Counted from the first letter of the stretch, positions 9,864 to 19,686 are shown. The stretch is DNA of 58,873 nt from a virus (IMGVR_UViG_3300047560_003072:1-58873); one strand, 5' to 3'. The notes: generated from the sequence alone by a model not told the origin. Numbers and translations are program-made.

Positions 9864-10603
9864 TAATACGCTCCGTCACTAAATGGATCACGTTCACTAA
9901 AATCGACAAACGCGTCTGCTTCTGTTTCGATCTCATCATTCATTGCTAATGGATCGTTTTCGTTAATATCTGCTGTCTGATAAAGAGGATAGGAATCCTC
10001 ATCTGTAATCAACCAACCAGACTCTGTAAGAATACCGAAGTTGTCAAGGCTTGTAGAGTATTCTGCCGACATACGGTCGATTTCAGAAATACCAGTCTTG
10101 AAGTATTCATTGCTGTATTCAAACAACTCGCATTTCAAATCATACATCTGCAAAGCACCAAGCTGATAGAAAATAGCTTCATGTTCTACAAACTTAATCT
10201 CAAACAACTTTTTGTTGAGAGGGAAGAATATCAAATCACCTTCCAAAGGACGCGAACGATCTTGTGTGGCGTCTGCGTATTCCGTTGCAGCTCCGACTTC
10301 ATCAGCAAATACACGGCGTGCTAAAGAGAAAGTAATTTGATCGCGAATTTGAATATTGAACTTGGAAAGGAAATCACCCTCACCAGCAAATCCTTCAATG
10401 TTCTTGATATACATCTCAACTGGGATTGCTGTTGTGTAGCTACGTGTAGGATCTTCATTAAAGATAGCGTCTATACTTCCTCTACGACGAGGAATATAAT
10501 AGACATCGTGACCATATATCTTAATCGATTCTATGATCAGATTTTCAATCAGTGTTTGTTCACCACTGGCTTGAAAGTTGTTGAAGAAGAAATTCGTTGC
10601 CAA
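9863..10603 (-). CDS. gp14: neck protein (TTG start)
   Basis: ESIKIYGHDVYYIPR, PLEGDLIFFP, FYQLG, CELFEYSNE. Confidence 0.93.
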   Translation of the reverse strand: MATNFFFNNFQASGEQTLIENLIIESIKIYGHDVYYIPRRRGSIDAIFNEDPTRSYTTAIPVEMYIKNIEGFAGEGDFLSKFNIQIRDQITFSLARRVFADEVGAATEYADATQDRSRPLEGDLIFFPLNKKLFEIKFVEHEAIFYQLGALQMYDLKCELFEYSNEYFKTGISEIDRMSAEYSTSLDNFGILTESGWLITDEDSYPLYQTADINENDPLAMNDEIETEADAFVDFSERDPFSDGAY

Positions 10604-10606
10604 TCT

Positions 10607-11350
10607 TTATCCAATCATGTCTGCGACAGGCAATGAGTAGCTGGAGATCATTTCATCTTCCATCTTTTCAATCTCTGCTTGAGCATCATTAAGGATCTTT
10701 TCACCATTGAATTGAACACCACCAGGAAGCTGCATACCAGTAAATTTGGTTAGGTTTGCTCCCCACTGATATTTGATCTTAGCTGTTGTGTAGTTTTGCA
10801 ACCAGCGATCAGCCCACATATCAGAGAAAGTAGCTGGATCAAGAACTTCATATGCTTCAATCAGCATGTAGTCACCAACATTATAGTTGTCCCATTTTGT
10901 ATCAACATACAAACGATTGCGGTGGCGACTGTAACGGATTGGTTGTTGGCCAACAAGGAATTCAGAGATCAAAGAAAGATGTTGCATTGCCATGTAGTAT
11001 GGCAACATTGAATACGACGTCAGTGTATACAAATCATTCAAAGCAATCTGATAACGAATGTTGAACATATCATCGGAACGAATAGATGGGTCTCCGATTG
11101 GGAAAATACGAACAGCACCAATAATGTTTTCTGGCATTGTGATGTACTTGTTTGTAATATCATTACTTGTAATCTGATGCTTATAGTACACCTTCTCCGT
11201 ACCGTCGAAGTGGTAGTCCCAATAATAGCGAATCGACTCGTCAATACGGTCTTCAACCTGATCATCATCAACGTTGATTTCGATGACAGGTTTGCCTAGC
11301 TTGCGTAGGCAGTATTCTTTGAATTCAGCTCTAGATGTTGGAACGGCCAT
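10607..11350 (-). CDS. gp13: neck protein
   Basis: YCLRKLGKPVIEINVDDDQ, QWGANLTKF, LPGGV. Confidence 0.95.
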   Translation of the reverse strand: MAVPTSRAEFKEYCLRKLGKPVIEINVDDDQVEDRIDESIRYYWDYHFDGTEKVYYKHQITSNDITNKYITMPENIIGAVRIFPIGDPSIRSDDMFNIRYQIALNDLYTLTSYSMLPYYMAMQHLSLISEFLVGQQPIRYSRHRNRLYVDTKWDNYNVGDYMLIEAYEVLDPATFSDMWADRWLQNYTTAKIKYQWGANLTKFTGMQLPGGVQFNGEKILNDAQAEIEKMEDEMISSYSLPVADMIG

Positions 11351-11366
11351 GGTGTCTCCTTTTTAT

Positions 11367-11374
11367 TATTTAGA
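11367..11374 (-). promoter_or_regulatory. late-promoter variant TCTAAATA for gp13
   Basis: One mismatch to consensus, in the spacer upstream of the gp13 RBS. Confidence 0.55.
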
Positions 11375-11385
11375 CGTTAGCTGTT

Positions 11386-12453
11386 TCAACGAGCTATCTC
11401 GGTAATACGCATCCACAAAGCAGTCGCGGAGTTTACAATAGTAATACTATCGTCAGCAGAGTCTCTACGAACAGCAACAGTAATAGCTTTTGCTGATGTG
11501 TTTGAATTTGTATATCTACCAGTCAGAGGGAATAGTGCACCCGTTCTAAATGTGTAAGTATCTCTTGTGTACTGAGCAGCGTATGTAATTTCGTTGCCAT
11601 CTACTTTAATACGAGAGAAGTAACTATCCTGTCCAGAACCACCAGTTTTTGCTGCTTCGTAGCTTCCAACATGAACATGAATAATCAGATAGCTTGAGCT
11701 GCTTACCGGTGTATAGCTATAAGAAAGGAAGTCAGTATCGCTTGTACTTGTAGCTACAGTCGTAGCGAGAACAGTCATCTCCGTGTTGGATAGCATTACG
11801 TCTTTAATGACTTGACCAGCTGTCCAAGCGCCAGGGGAAACCGCACCCGATACACCCAAAGTACCACTATCAGTTAGTGATAACAAGGTGGCGGAGTAAT
11901 CGCTTTTAACAATTTCAAGCTGACCATTACTACTCATACGAATGTATTTCGTATTTGCTGTAGCACCAGCTGTAGTATTACGGAGAGTAAGCATACCAGC
12001 GTAGCCAGCGCCACCGTATGCATTATTGGCGTTGATATTGATCGCGCTATACGATGTATTACCGCCACCGTTAATTATCGTCGTGCCACCAACGATCTGG
12101 GTGTTAACGGATGTATCACCAACGTACATATTAGTGAAGAAACCAGCAGCAAAACGATAAGAGATTTGACCTGAAGTAATTAAGTTATCTGCAGCAGGTA
12201 CAGCATTGGTTGAAAGTGCACCCAACGCAACGTATGTCATATATGTGTTGGTAATCAACGTGCCGGTAGAATCATAGACGGCTGTACCTGTTCCATATTC
12301 AATAAGACCAGAACCGTTGGAGGTAAACAGCTTACCATCGGCAAGGTTGAGAGCCAACTCACCCGTATCAATGTACATTGTATTGGCTGCGTTTGTTGTA
12401 TTCGGTGTACGTCCGGATACTGTTGTACGCTTTATTTGAAATTTGTTAGCCAT
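11386..12453 (-). CDS. putative fibre/receptor-binding protein
   Basis: N-terminal FQIKR...GELALN..DGKLF motif typical of phage fibre N-termini; G/S/T/N-rich; beta-sandwich-like C-terminus. Confidence 0.7.
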   Translation of the reverse strand: MANKFQIKRTTVSGRTPNTTNAANTMYIDTGELALNLADGKLFTSNGSGLIEYGTGTAVYDSTGTLITNTYMTYVALGALSTNAVPAADNLITSGQISYRFAAGFFTNMYVGDTSVNTQIVGGTTIINGGGNTSYSAININANNAYGGAGYAGMLTLRNTTAGATANTKYIRMSSNGQLEIVKSDYSATLLSLTDSGTLGVSGAVSPGAWTAGQVIKDVMLSNTEMTVLATTVATSTSDTDFLSYSYTPVSSSSYLIIHVHVGSYEAAKTGGSGQDSYFSRIKVDGNEITYAAQYTRDTYTFRTGALFPLTGRYTNSNTSAKAITVAVRRDSADDSITIVNSATALWMRITEIAR

Positions 12454-12475
12454 TGTTTAACCTTCTCGATTCCCA

Positions 12476-12874
12476 TCAACTTTTTTTTTGTGTTGTTGAA
12501 GGCGTAGCAACGGCTGTATTGAGCTTCGCTTGCAAGACACCTTTCTGCACATTAGCCTCTGTTAGTTGTTTCATTAGTTGTTTCTTTTCTTCAACCATGA
12601 TCTCAACTTCTGCACGTAAGTTAGCCAACTCCGTCTTCACTTTTTCATCGGCCTTAATTTGCGTTTGCGCGTCCTTCAACTTATTAGTTTGGTTGTCATA
12701 CGCTTCACGCAAACGAGCCATCTCACCTTCCAATTGAAGATTTGTTTTACTGGAATCCTCCAGTTTAGACTCAGCTAGAGCGGTTCTTGCTTCAAGCATT
12801 ACCACCCTAGCTAACAAATCATTCATCACATCTTTTTGCTTTTGCACAAAAACATTAACAAAATCAGCTTCCAT
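12476..12874 (-). CDS. coiled-coil protein, possible fibre assembly chaperone
   Basis: 132 aa, heptad-like E/K/L/Q-rich, between two fibre genes. Confidence 0.55.
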   Translation of the reverse strand: MEADFVNVFVQKQKDVMNDLLARVVMLEARTALAESKLEDSSKTNLQLEGEMARLREAYDNQTNKLKDAQTQIKADEKVKTELANLRAEVEIMVEEKKQLMKQLTEANVQKGVLQAKLNTAVATPSTTQKKS

Positions 12875-12888
12875 TACAAACCTTTATT

Positions 12889-15723
12889 TTAATATGTGCC
12901 ACCGTCCAGCGTACTGTATGCTACAACACCACCAGAAATTTGCAGAACCGTACCTTCAGAACCCTTGCTCAGTTTTCTGAATCCGTTAGAGCTGTTAGCA
13001 ACAAGAATGTCTTCAGCAGTAAACGTATTCAGACCTGTACCACCAGAAGTACCTGGTAGTGGTGTAGATAGAGACAGAGAGTTTGCAACAATGTTAACGT
13101 TCATTGTGCTGTTTGCTGTCAACGTAACTGTCGTTGAATTAGCAATAAAGCCTGTCAGGCCAGTACCACCAGTCTTTATGTATGCCTGGAATGTAGCAAC
13201 GTTGTATGTGTTGTTTGCTGTATCGATTGTTGTTGTTGGAGCAGCCAACAAGTTATCGAACAGTTTCCATGTACCACTATCGCTAGCGTCACGGAACAAA
13301 CCAGCATGTCTGTGGTTGTTTGTGTTTGCATCGATACCGTAGTTGCCATACAAACCAATATCCAACAGATCAGAAACGTTGTTGTTTGTACCCAACTGAA
13401 TCAACGGATCGCTAACGGTAATATTATTAGCGTTAATTGTTGTCAGAGTACCTGTAACATCCAAGTTACCAGAAACAAACAAATCATTTACGTGGATTTG
13501 ATTAGCAGCAAGATTGTTTGTAACGCTAACGTTTGCACCGAATGATGCGTTTGCTGCAACCTGCAATGTGGTTGCTACGTTTGCAAAACCGTTAATAGTT
13601 GTGTTACCAAACGTTGCAACAGCGTTTGTTGTCGCTAGCGATGCAGACGAAATCTGAACGTTGATGGTGCTATTACCAATCGAAAGGACAGAAGTGTTGA
13701 CAACGACGTTTGCACCAACGGCAATGTTTGTTGTATTGACAATCGAGTTGCCTGTCGTCAAACCAGCGCTGGTTATAGTGGTGTTAACGGAACTATTACC
13801 AACAAACAATGCTGTCGTGTTTGCAATGACGTTAGCACCAACAGAAACAACAGAGTTGTTAACAACAACAGTGACAGCAGCGGTTTGATAGCTTGTGCCG
13901 ACCGATGTTGCAACGGAGTTGACTGTGCTGTTACCGATATACAATGCTGTTGTGTTTGCAATAACGTTTGCACCCGCAGCCAAAACGGTTGAGTTAGCAA
14001 CTGTCGTTCCAACCGTGAAAGCAATCGGAGTAACGTTTGCCGTACCGGTGCTGTTTGCAGCCTGAATCAGCGTTGAGGTTGAGGATGTATTAACTGTTGA
14101 GTTACCAACAGAAATTTTCGACGTAGTCGCAACAACGTTAGCACCAACAGAAACCTGTGTTGTGTTTACTGTTGAAGTAACGGTAGCTGAGGATACAACA
14201 AGACCTGTTTGAGTCGTTACAGCATTGACAGTTGAGTTGCCAACAAACATTGCTGTCGTGTTGGAAGCGACGTTTGCGCCAACATATACACCAAGTGTAT
14301 TTGCTACTGTTGTGACGGTGCCGTCTGTAATTGTAATATCGTTAAAATCAACAGTGGAAGATTGAGTTGTATTACCAATTCTCAGAGATGTTGCATTAGC
14401 AACGACGTTAGCACCAACAGCGACTGCTGTTGTATTAACAACGGAGATACCAACACTCAAAGCAAGAGGTGTAACGTTTGCCGTTGCTGTCGAGTTAGCA
14501 ATACTGAACAGCGCTGATGTCAACGAAGCATTGACCGTGCTGTTACCAATAAACAACGTTGTTGTATTTGCAATAACGTTTGCGCCCGCTGCCAATACGG
14601 TAGCGTTGACAGTAGACGTACCGATCACCAACGAAACAGGCGTCAAGTTTGCGGTACCGCTTGGACTCGCAATTTGAATTTGTGTAGCTGTAGATGTCGT
14701 ATTGACGGTGCTGTTACCGATCAGTGTTCCAGTTGCCGTTGCAATAACATTAGCACCAACAGCAACTGCTGTCGTATTAACAACAGAAATACCGGTCTTA
14801 AACTGCGTCGATGTAATGTTTGCAGAGCTTGATGCATCAATAACTTGCAACAACGAAGAGTTCGAATATACGTTGATTGTACTGTTACCAACAGACAAAT
14901 CAGAACCAGTGAATGTCAAGTTACCAACGGTAATCTGTGTACCACGCAAAGCAAGGTTACCAGCAGACAGCGTAGTGTTGACAGTGCTGTTACCAATAAA
15001 CAACGTGGTTGTATTGATTGTTAGGTTTGCACCAACGGAGATCTGACCTGTGTTTACAACTGTGCTTACTGTGGAGTTGGCAACCGTAATACCAGTCAGG
15101 GTAGCAACAGCGTTTACTGTGGAGTTACCAAGATACAGAGATGTGGTATTGATTACAGCGTTTGCACCAACCTGAATAACGGTTGTGTTAACTCTCGTGC
15201 TACCAACGTCGACGGTATTGGAAACAGCAAGCGTATTAGAACCAACAGTGAATGTAAGACCAGCAGTACCAGTAATACCTTGAGCGGAGTTACCGTAACC
15301 AACATATGTCGCTGCCAAACCACTAGATTTAGAATCAACATATGTCTTAACAGCATATGAAGTCAGCAATTCAGTGTTTGAATTACCGCCCGCTTGACCA
15401 GACACACCACCAAGCTGTGTACTGTTAGCGAATGTACTAATCGATGTGACGTTGATCGTTTCTGAGGTTGCGCCAATTGTCAACTTAGCGGTCTTAATAA
15501 CATCGACCCAGCTTGACGAGTTGGTAACGATTGCTTGGTTAGCTGTCAGAACACCAGGGTTACGTGCGCCACCAATTGCAACAACGTTAGCGGAGTTTGC
15601 TGTACCGTTAACGCTACCAATGAATAATACCTCACCATTACCAGAGTAAGCTAATTCGCCGACGGCAACGCTCGTTGGCACTGCCGTCCCGCTGCTTCTC
15701 TTAATTTGAATTTGGTTTGCCAT
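12889..15723 (-). CDS. long fibre protein with VGANV..NTT..(F/Y)IGNSTVN repeats
   Basis: IQIKR...GELAY N-terminus; imperfect internal repeats; DPLIQL and GLFRDASD motifs; ends LDGGTY. Confidence 0.75.
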   Translation of the reverse strand: MANQIQIKRSSGTAVPTSVAVGELAYSGNGEVLFIGSVNGTANSANVVAIGGARNPGVLTANQAIVTNSSSWVDVIKTAKLTIGATSETINVTSISTFANSTQLGGVSGQAGGNSNTELLTSYAVKTYVDSKSSGLAATYVGYGNSAQGITGTAGLTFTVGSNTLAVSNTVDVGSTRVNTTVIQVGANAVINTTSLYLGNSTVNAVATLTGITVANSTVSTVVNTGQISVGANLTINTTTLFIGNSTVNTTLSAGNLALRGTQITVGNLTFTGSDLSVGNSTINVYSNSSLLQVIDASSSANITSTQFKTGISVVNTTAVAVGANVIATATGTLIGNSTVNTTSTATQIQIASPSGTANLTPVSLVIGTSTVNATVLAAGANVIANTTTLFIGNSTVNASLTSALFSIANSTATANVTPLALSVGISVVNTTAVAVGANVVANATSLRIGNTTQSSTVDFNDITITDGTVTTVANTLGVYVGANVASNTTAMFVGNSTVNAVTTQTGLVVSSATVTSTVNTTQVSVGANVVATTSKISVGNSTVNTSSTSTLIQAANSTGTANVTPIAFTVGTTVANSTVLAAGANVIANTTALYIGNSTVNSVATSVGTSYQTAAVTVVVNNSVVSVGANVIANTTALFVGNSSVNTTITSAGLTTGNSIVNTTNIAVGANVVVNTSVLSIGNSTINVQISSASLATTNAVATFGNTTINGFANVATTLQVAANASFGANVSVTNNLAANQIHVNDLFVSGNLDVTGTLTTINANNITVSDPLIQLGTNNNVSDLLDIGLYGNYGIDANTNNHRHAGLFRDASDSGTWKLFDNLLAAPTTTIDTANNTYNVATFQAYIKTGGTGLTGFIANSTTVTLTANSTMNVNIVANSLSLSTPLPGTSGGTGLNTFTAEDILVANSSNGFRKLSKGSEGTVLQISGGVVAYSTLDGGTY

Positions 15724-15948
15724 TTAGAAAGTTCCCCCGTCTAGGTCTAGTAATTTTACTACATAAGTGTCTGTTGCCGGATCATAAACGAGGGTGCTAT
15801 TCTCCGGTGTCTCCGGAGTATCAGCTATCACATCCAACATCTGATCAATTCGTCTGTTGGCATCCGCTTGGATTGTGTTCTTTAGCGTAATTGGTGTCGT
15901 TGATTGAATCAGTCCATCCTGGACCTTAACAATAATTCCTTGGGTCAT
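15724..15948 (-). CDS. small fibre-associated adaptor protein
   Basis: 74 aa; LVYD..T..Y motif; ends LDGGTF like the neighbouring fibre. Confidence 0.55.
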   Translation of the reverse strand: MTQGIIVKVQDGLIQSTTPITLKNTIQADANRRIDQMLDVIADTPETPENSTLVYDPATDTYVVKLLDLDGGTF

Positions 15949-16271
15949 CTCGTAACTCCTGGGGTTACCGTTATAATGCCTTCAACAATTCGCGAGGTTA
16001 GCCCGCTTTTTGTCAGTAAAACATCATAAACATAACGACCGGGTGTTAAATTAGCTGTCTGCGTATCCGACAAAGCAAGTGTCACAACGCCCGTTCCAGG
16101 ACTCAGTGTTGTTGTGAAAGTTACTGCATTTGACGAAGTGTATGTCTTTCTCATCTGTGCGTTCGCACTATATCCGACCAGCGACACGACGTTTTCATCG
16201 TCATCGGTTAGTCTTATGGATGTTGAGTAGTCAGTACCCTGATCGATTACGAGATTTGCTTTAATAGCCAT
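15945..16271 (-). CDS. small virion structural protein (BppU-N-like adaptor)
   Basis: NLVIDQGTD, AQMRK, GRYVYDV, RIVEGIITVTPGVT pattern common in T4-like phages. Confidence 0.7.
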   Translation of the reverse strand: MAIKANLVIDQGTDYSTSIRLTDDDENVVSLVGYSANAQMRKTYTSSNAVTFTTTLSPGTGVVTLALSDTQTANLTPGRYVYDVLLTKSGLTSRIVEGIITVTPGVTR

Positions 16272-16302
16272 TTACCAATTCCGCAATTTTGTTTTATCAC
16301 TG

Positions 16303-16310
16303 TATTTATA
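16303..16310 (-). promoter_or_regulatory. T4-type late promoter TATAAATA
   Basis: Exact consensus about 30 nt upstream of the ATG at 16271. Confidence 0.8.
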
Positions 16311-16320
16311 TTAACGAAAT

Positions 16321-16929
16321 CTATTGTTTTACCCCGATCACCATGAACCGATTCTTGTGGCCAAGATTCAAACGTCCCCGCATCAACACTGTAGAAAATT
16401 GACATTGATCGACAAATTCATCAGTGGATCTAGCGATGTTGACATGACCGGGATCCGATTCTTCATCACAAGATTGAAAAGCATAAACCGCGCTTTGATT
16501 CTTTACGCGGATGTTTTCGATGTTTGTCATGTGTTCGCACGACGTGTTTATCACGATGTCTGCATCCACAAGACGGATTCGCGAAATATCATGCTCCACA
16601 TCAACAACACCCATCTTTATCTTTTCACTGCTGCTCTTTCCTACATCATGTAGAATCTGAGCAAACGAAAGCGTTTCACTGCTTTTATCCGTCAGTAATA
16701 TTTTCGATGGTTGAAACGCTTCTGTTAACATTGGGATCAAGTAGCTTCCAAACCATCCACCAAGAATAAGAATAGAAGGATTACTTGGGATCACTTGTTG
16801 CTTTAATGTATCAACAAGCCACTTCTTAGATCGATATTGTGTATTGCTTAAAGAGTTAGCGAGATCCTGAACTTGATCAGGTCTCGCTACTCGTAAGGCA
16901 TTTGAAACATTACAAAGGTAATCAAACAT
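16321..16929 (-). CDS. class I SAM-dependent methyltransferase-like protein
   Basis: ILILGGWFG (motif I), acidic residue after strand 2 (LLTD), IVINTSCEHM. Confidence 0.7.
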   Translation of the reverse strand: MFDYLCNVSNALRVARPDQVQDLANSLSNTQYRSKKWLVDTLKQQVIPSNPSILILGGWFGSYLIPMLTEAFQPSKILLTDKSSETLSFAQILHDVGKSSSEKIKMGVVDVEHDISRIRLVDADIVINTSCEHMTNIENIRVKNQSAVYAFQSCDEESDPGHVNIARSTDEFVDQCQFSTVLMRGRLNLGHKNRFMVIGVKQ

Positions 16930-17528
16930 TACACAACGATGTTCTGATTCAGAAGCTCAGGTCTCAGTTCTTGTATCAACCCCTCAATGTGGTTTTCAAG
17001 ATCGCTGTGTAGAGTGTATCCGTCGTAGAAAGTGTATTCTGTGTCGCGATCGAACACATCTTCATACCATGTAATTTCTTTTTGGTGATCGTTGCAGTAT
17101 TTCAGCAGCGTGCAAGTGCCGATTGCTGCAAACGTCATTTGCTGCTGAAGAAAGTGGCAATCACGTTCAGCACTGAAAGGATTGTTTTTAATCAGATAGT
17201 TAGCGCCAGACTTCAAAATGTTACGGAAGTTTTTGCGTGTGATGTATGCAATAGCGTCACCCCAATCTCTAGGCGTTGATGTAACGGAGTTGATCAAATA
17301 CAAGCTGGCTGGGGACAAAATGTTTTCCCAATGCATCATATACTCTGACAATGTATAGTCCGGCTGAACACCTGTTTCATGGAACATACGTTTGTAGTTG
17401 ATACGGTTTGTTGGGGGCTGGAGAACATAAATCTGAGTCAGCTCGCCTCTGAAGGGAACGTTTTGCTCGATCGACTTATGAATAGCGTACGCTGTTGATC
17501 CAGAACGTGGAGAACCTACAATATACAT
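16929..17528 (-). CDS. sulfotransferase-like P-loop protein
   Basis: N-terminal IVGSPRSGST resembles the 5'-PSB loop; later R..S (TRKNFRNILKS) and WYED motifs. Confidence 0.6.
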   Translation of the reverse strand: MYIVGSPRSGSTAYAIHKSIEQNVPFRGELTQIYVLQPPTNRINYKRMFHETGVQPDYTLSEYMMHWENILSPASLYLINSVTSTPRDWGDAIAYITRKNFRNILKSGANYLIKNNPFSAERDCHFLQQQMTFAAIGTCTLLKYCNDHQKEITWYEDVFDRDTEYTFYDGYTLHSDLENHIEGLIQELRPELLNQNIVV

Positions 17529-17554
17529 ATTACACCTCTGTTTTAAAAATTGTT

Positions 17555-18382
17555 ATGATAAACATCGTTTGCGTCAAAATTGGAACAAAATACAGCAGTA
17601 AATTTGCAAATCGTCTGTATAATATGTGTCAAACACATATAACACGTCCATTCAAGTTTTTTTGTTATACAGATGATCCCAATGGACTCGATGCTGGTAT
17701 AACGCCTGTTTCATTTGTCGACAACGATATCAAAATTATTGTGTTTAATAAGTTGTATTTATTAAGCAATGAGTTTGCATCTATGATCGGCAACAACGAT
17801 CCTTGTATGTTTTTTGATCTCGATATGGTAATCAAGGGGAACATAGACAGGCTCGTCGATTGTGCAACCGATTATGATGGAAAGCTAAGAGTGATCAACG
17901 CTGTATGGAAATACTCGTTTGACGAGGAAGAAGGAATGGAAGCCTTTAATCACCACATCAACTCGAGCTGTATGGTGTGGAAACCAACCGCCAGCAACTA
18001 TATTTGGGAACACTTTGCTAAACACAAACATCACTTCCAACAAAAGTTTCACACAGGTATGGATCCGTTTCTTTATTACGAAATGCAATGCAGAGGTGGA
18101 TTGCCTGAAGATATGTTCTATTCCTTTATTATGGGAATAGATCTAAAGATTAAAAGAATGATAACCGACCCTGCTGATTTTTACAATGTAAAAAATTCTA
18201 TTCCAATTGTGCTGTTTAATGGTCCGACAACAGATGAAGACATTGTTGAATTCATTGCTAGTGACTACAAAAAGGAATTCGACGACTTTAGTTTTGCCGA
18301 ATTCCTATATGGAAATCAAAAGAAGCGTGAACAGTTAAACCGGCAAAGGAAGGATAAGATGGACAGAAGGTTAGCCCTCTGA
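17555..18382 (+). CDS. glycosyltransferase (GT-A fold)
   Basis: Likely start ATG 17555 (MINIVCVKIGTKY); FFCYTDD, NKLYL, DxD motif FFDLDMVI, INSSCM. Confidence 0.8.
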   Translation: MINIVCVKIGTKYSSKFANRLYNMCQTHITRPFKFFCYTDDPNGLDAGITPVSFVDNDIKIIVFNKLYLLSNEFASMIGNNDPCMFFDLDMVIKGNIDRLVDCATDYDGKLRVINAVWKYSFDEEEGMEAFNHHINSSCMVWKPTASNYIWEHFAKHKHHFQQKFHTGMDPFLYYEMQCRGGLPEDMFYSFIMGIDLKIKRMITDPADFYNVKNSIPIVLFNGPTTDEDIVEFIASDYKKEFDDFSFAEFLYGNQKKREQLNRQRKDKMDRRLAL

Positions 18383-18985
18383 TTCAATATCCGCTACCAT
18401 ATCTTCCCACATACCTTCATGCGGAATGATGTAAGCAAGTGTTAGACGCTCTTCATGCTCAGCATTAGCACAATGCCAGTAGATTCTGTCTGTTTCTTTC
18501 CACGAGCCGTAGTAACCAACCTTACAAGTCCATCCTGGAGTATCGTTAATTGTAACAATCTCTTTCGTGATTGGATCTTGGTAACGGAAATATCCAGTAC
18601 CTTTTTCAGACCATGAGATAAGAATGTTATAACCTGGGGCGTTTGCGTTGTGGTGCCATCCCATGTAACCCGTTGCGGGATATAACATCTTAACAGCGTT
18701 GTTACGAGAACCGGACCACGCAAGCAGATCTTCATCTAACTTCTTCAGCGCGTCTTTCAATCCAGGCGGTGTCCATCGTGCAAGATCAACACCGTGTGTC
18801 TTTTCCGGAAATCCATCAACAGGTTTGTTTTGCATGAATTTCAAATACTCATCACCGCAAGCATATTCAGCCGTTATGTCTTTCTTCTGATACGGCCAGC
18901 CTGATCTATCTACAGCAAGCATGCTGCTCAGAAAGGTGTTGATAATTTTTAAAAGCTGTTTGTTTCTAATTTGGATGGTCTTCAT
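18371..18985 (-). CDS. DSBH/2OG-Fe(II) dioxygenase-like protein
   Basis: GYMGWHHN...YWHCA...RLTL metal/cosubstrate-like motif spacing. Confidence 0.6.
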   Translation of the reverse strand: MKTIQIRNKQLLKIINTFLSSMLAVDRSGWPYQKKDITAEYACGDEYLKFMQNKPVDGFPEKTHGVDLARWTPPGLKDALKKLDEDLLAWSGSRNNAVKMLYPATGYMGWHHNANAPGYNILISWSEKGTGYFRYQDPITKEIVTINDTPGWTCKVGYYGSWKETDRIYWHCANAEHEERLTLAYIIPHEGMWEDMVADIESEG

Positions 18986-19683
18986 TATTTGCCTACTCTA
19001 TGTGGAAGTGTGTGGTGATAAAAAACGATAGGATTCTTCGCTTCGTAAGAACGGTATCCGTTTACGAAATTCCAACGACCATCATCATCGAATACTTGTA
19101 CGTTAATTGGTAGCTTATCTTCATTCATAAGTTTCCACAACGTAAATTGGTCCCACTGAGCAAATGCTTCGGGAATAACGTTCTCTGGGTAGGGCCATGG
19201 ATCGATACGTTGTTTCCGGTAGTCTTGCCACCATCTTTCCATAAAATTCAACGTGCGCTCGTTGCTGCGATAGAGAAAGAAGCCTCCGTGATAGACCATC
19301 TCTCCTGTTGACCATTTATGCATTTTGCCATTGTATGGTCGTATTTTTGTGATTAGAATATCACATTCTTCGGGAATCTCGTCCCAAATATTTTGCACAT
19401 CCGTGTGCATACATTCCATGTCCGCATCAACATAACACGTCAATTCCGTATAAGGAGTACGTGAAAGAGCATACAGCTTTGCTCTTATATGATGTGGGAC
19501 ATCTTCACAAATCACTCGATTGAAGACATCATGATCGACATCGTCAATGAATTGTGGAGTTGTAAAAAGCGTGATGTCAGCATCCGGATAGAACTCCTTG
19601 ATGCTCGCCGCTGCAAAATTAGCTCCCTGTACATATCCTTGATGTACGGAAGCCACAATCAAAAAACCATTACGAACTGTCAT
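18985..19683 (-). CDS. glycosyltransferase (GT-A, GT8/nucleotide-diphospho-sugar transferase-like)
   Basis: AASIK, KLYAL, DxD motif YVDAD, GGFFLY, DQFTL, WNF, FYHH. Confidence 0.8.
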   Translation of the reverse strand: MTVRNGFLIVASVHQGYVQGANFAAASIKEFYPDADITLFTTPQFIDDVDHDVFNRVICEDVPHHIRAKLYALSRTPYTELTCYVDADMECMHTDVQNIWDEIPEECDILITKIRPYNGKMHKWSTGEMVYHGGFFLYRSNERTLNFMERWWQDYRKQRIDPWPYPENVIPEAFAQWDQFTLWKLMNEDKLPINVQVFDDDGRWNFVNGYRSYEAKNPIVFYHHTLPHRVGK

Positions 19684-19686
19684 ATT

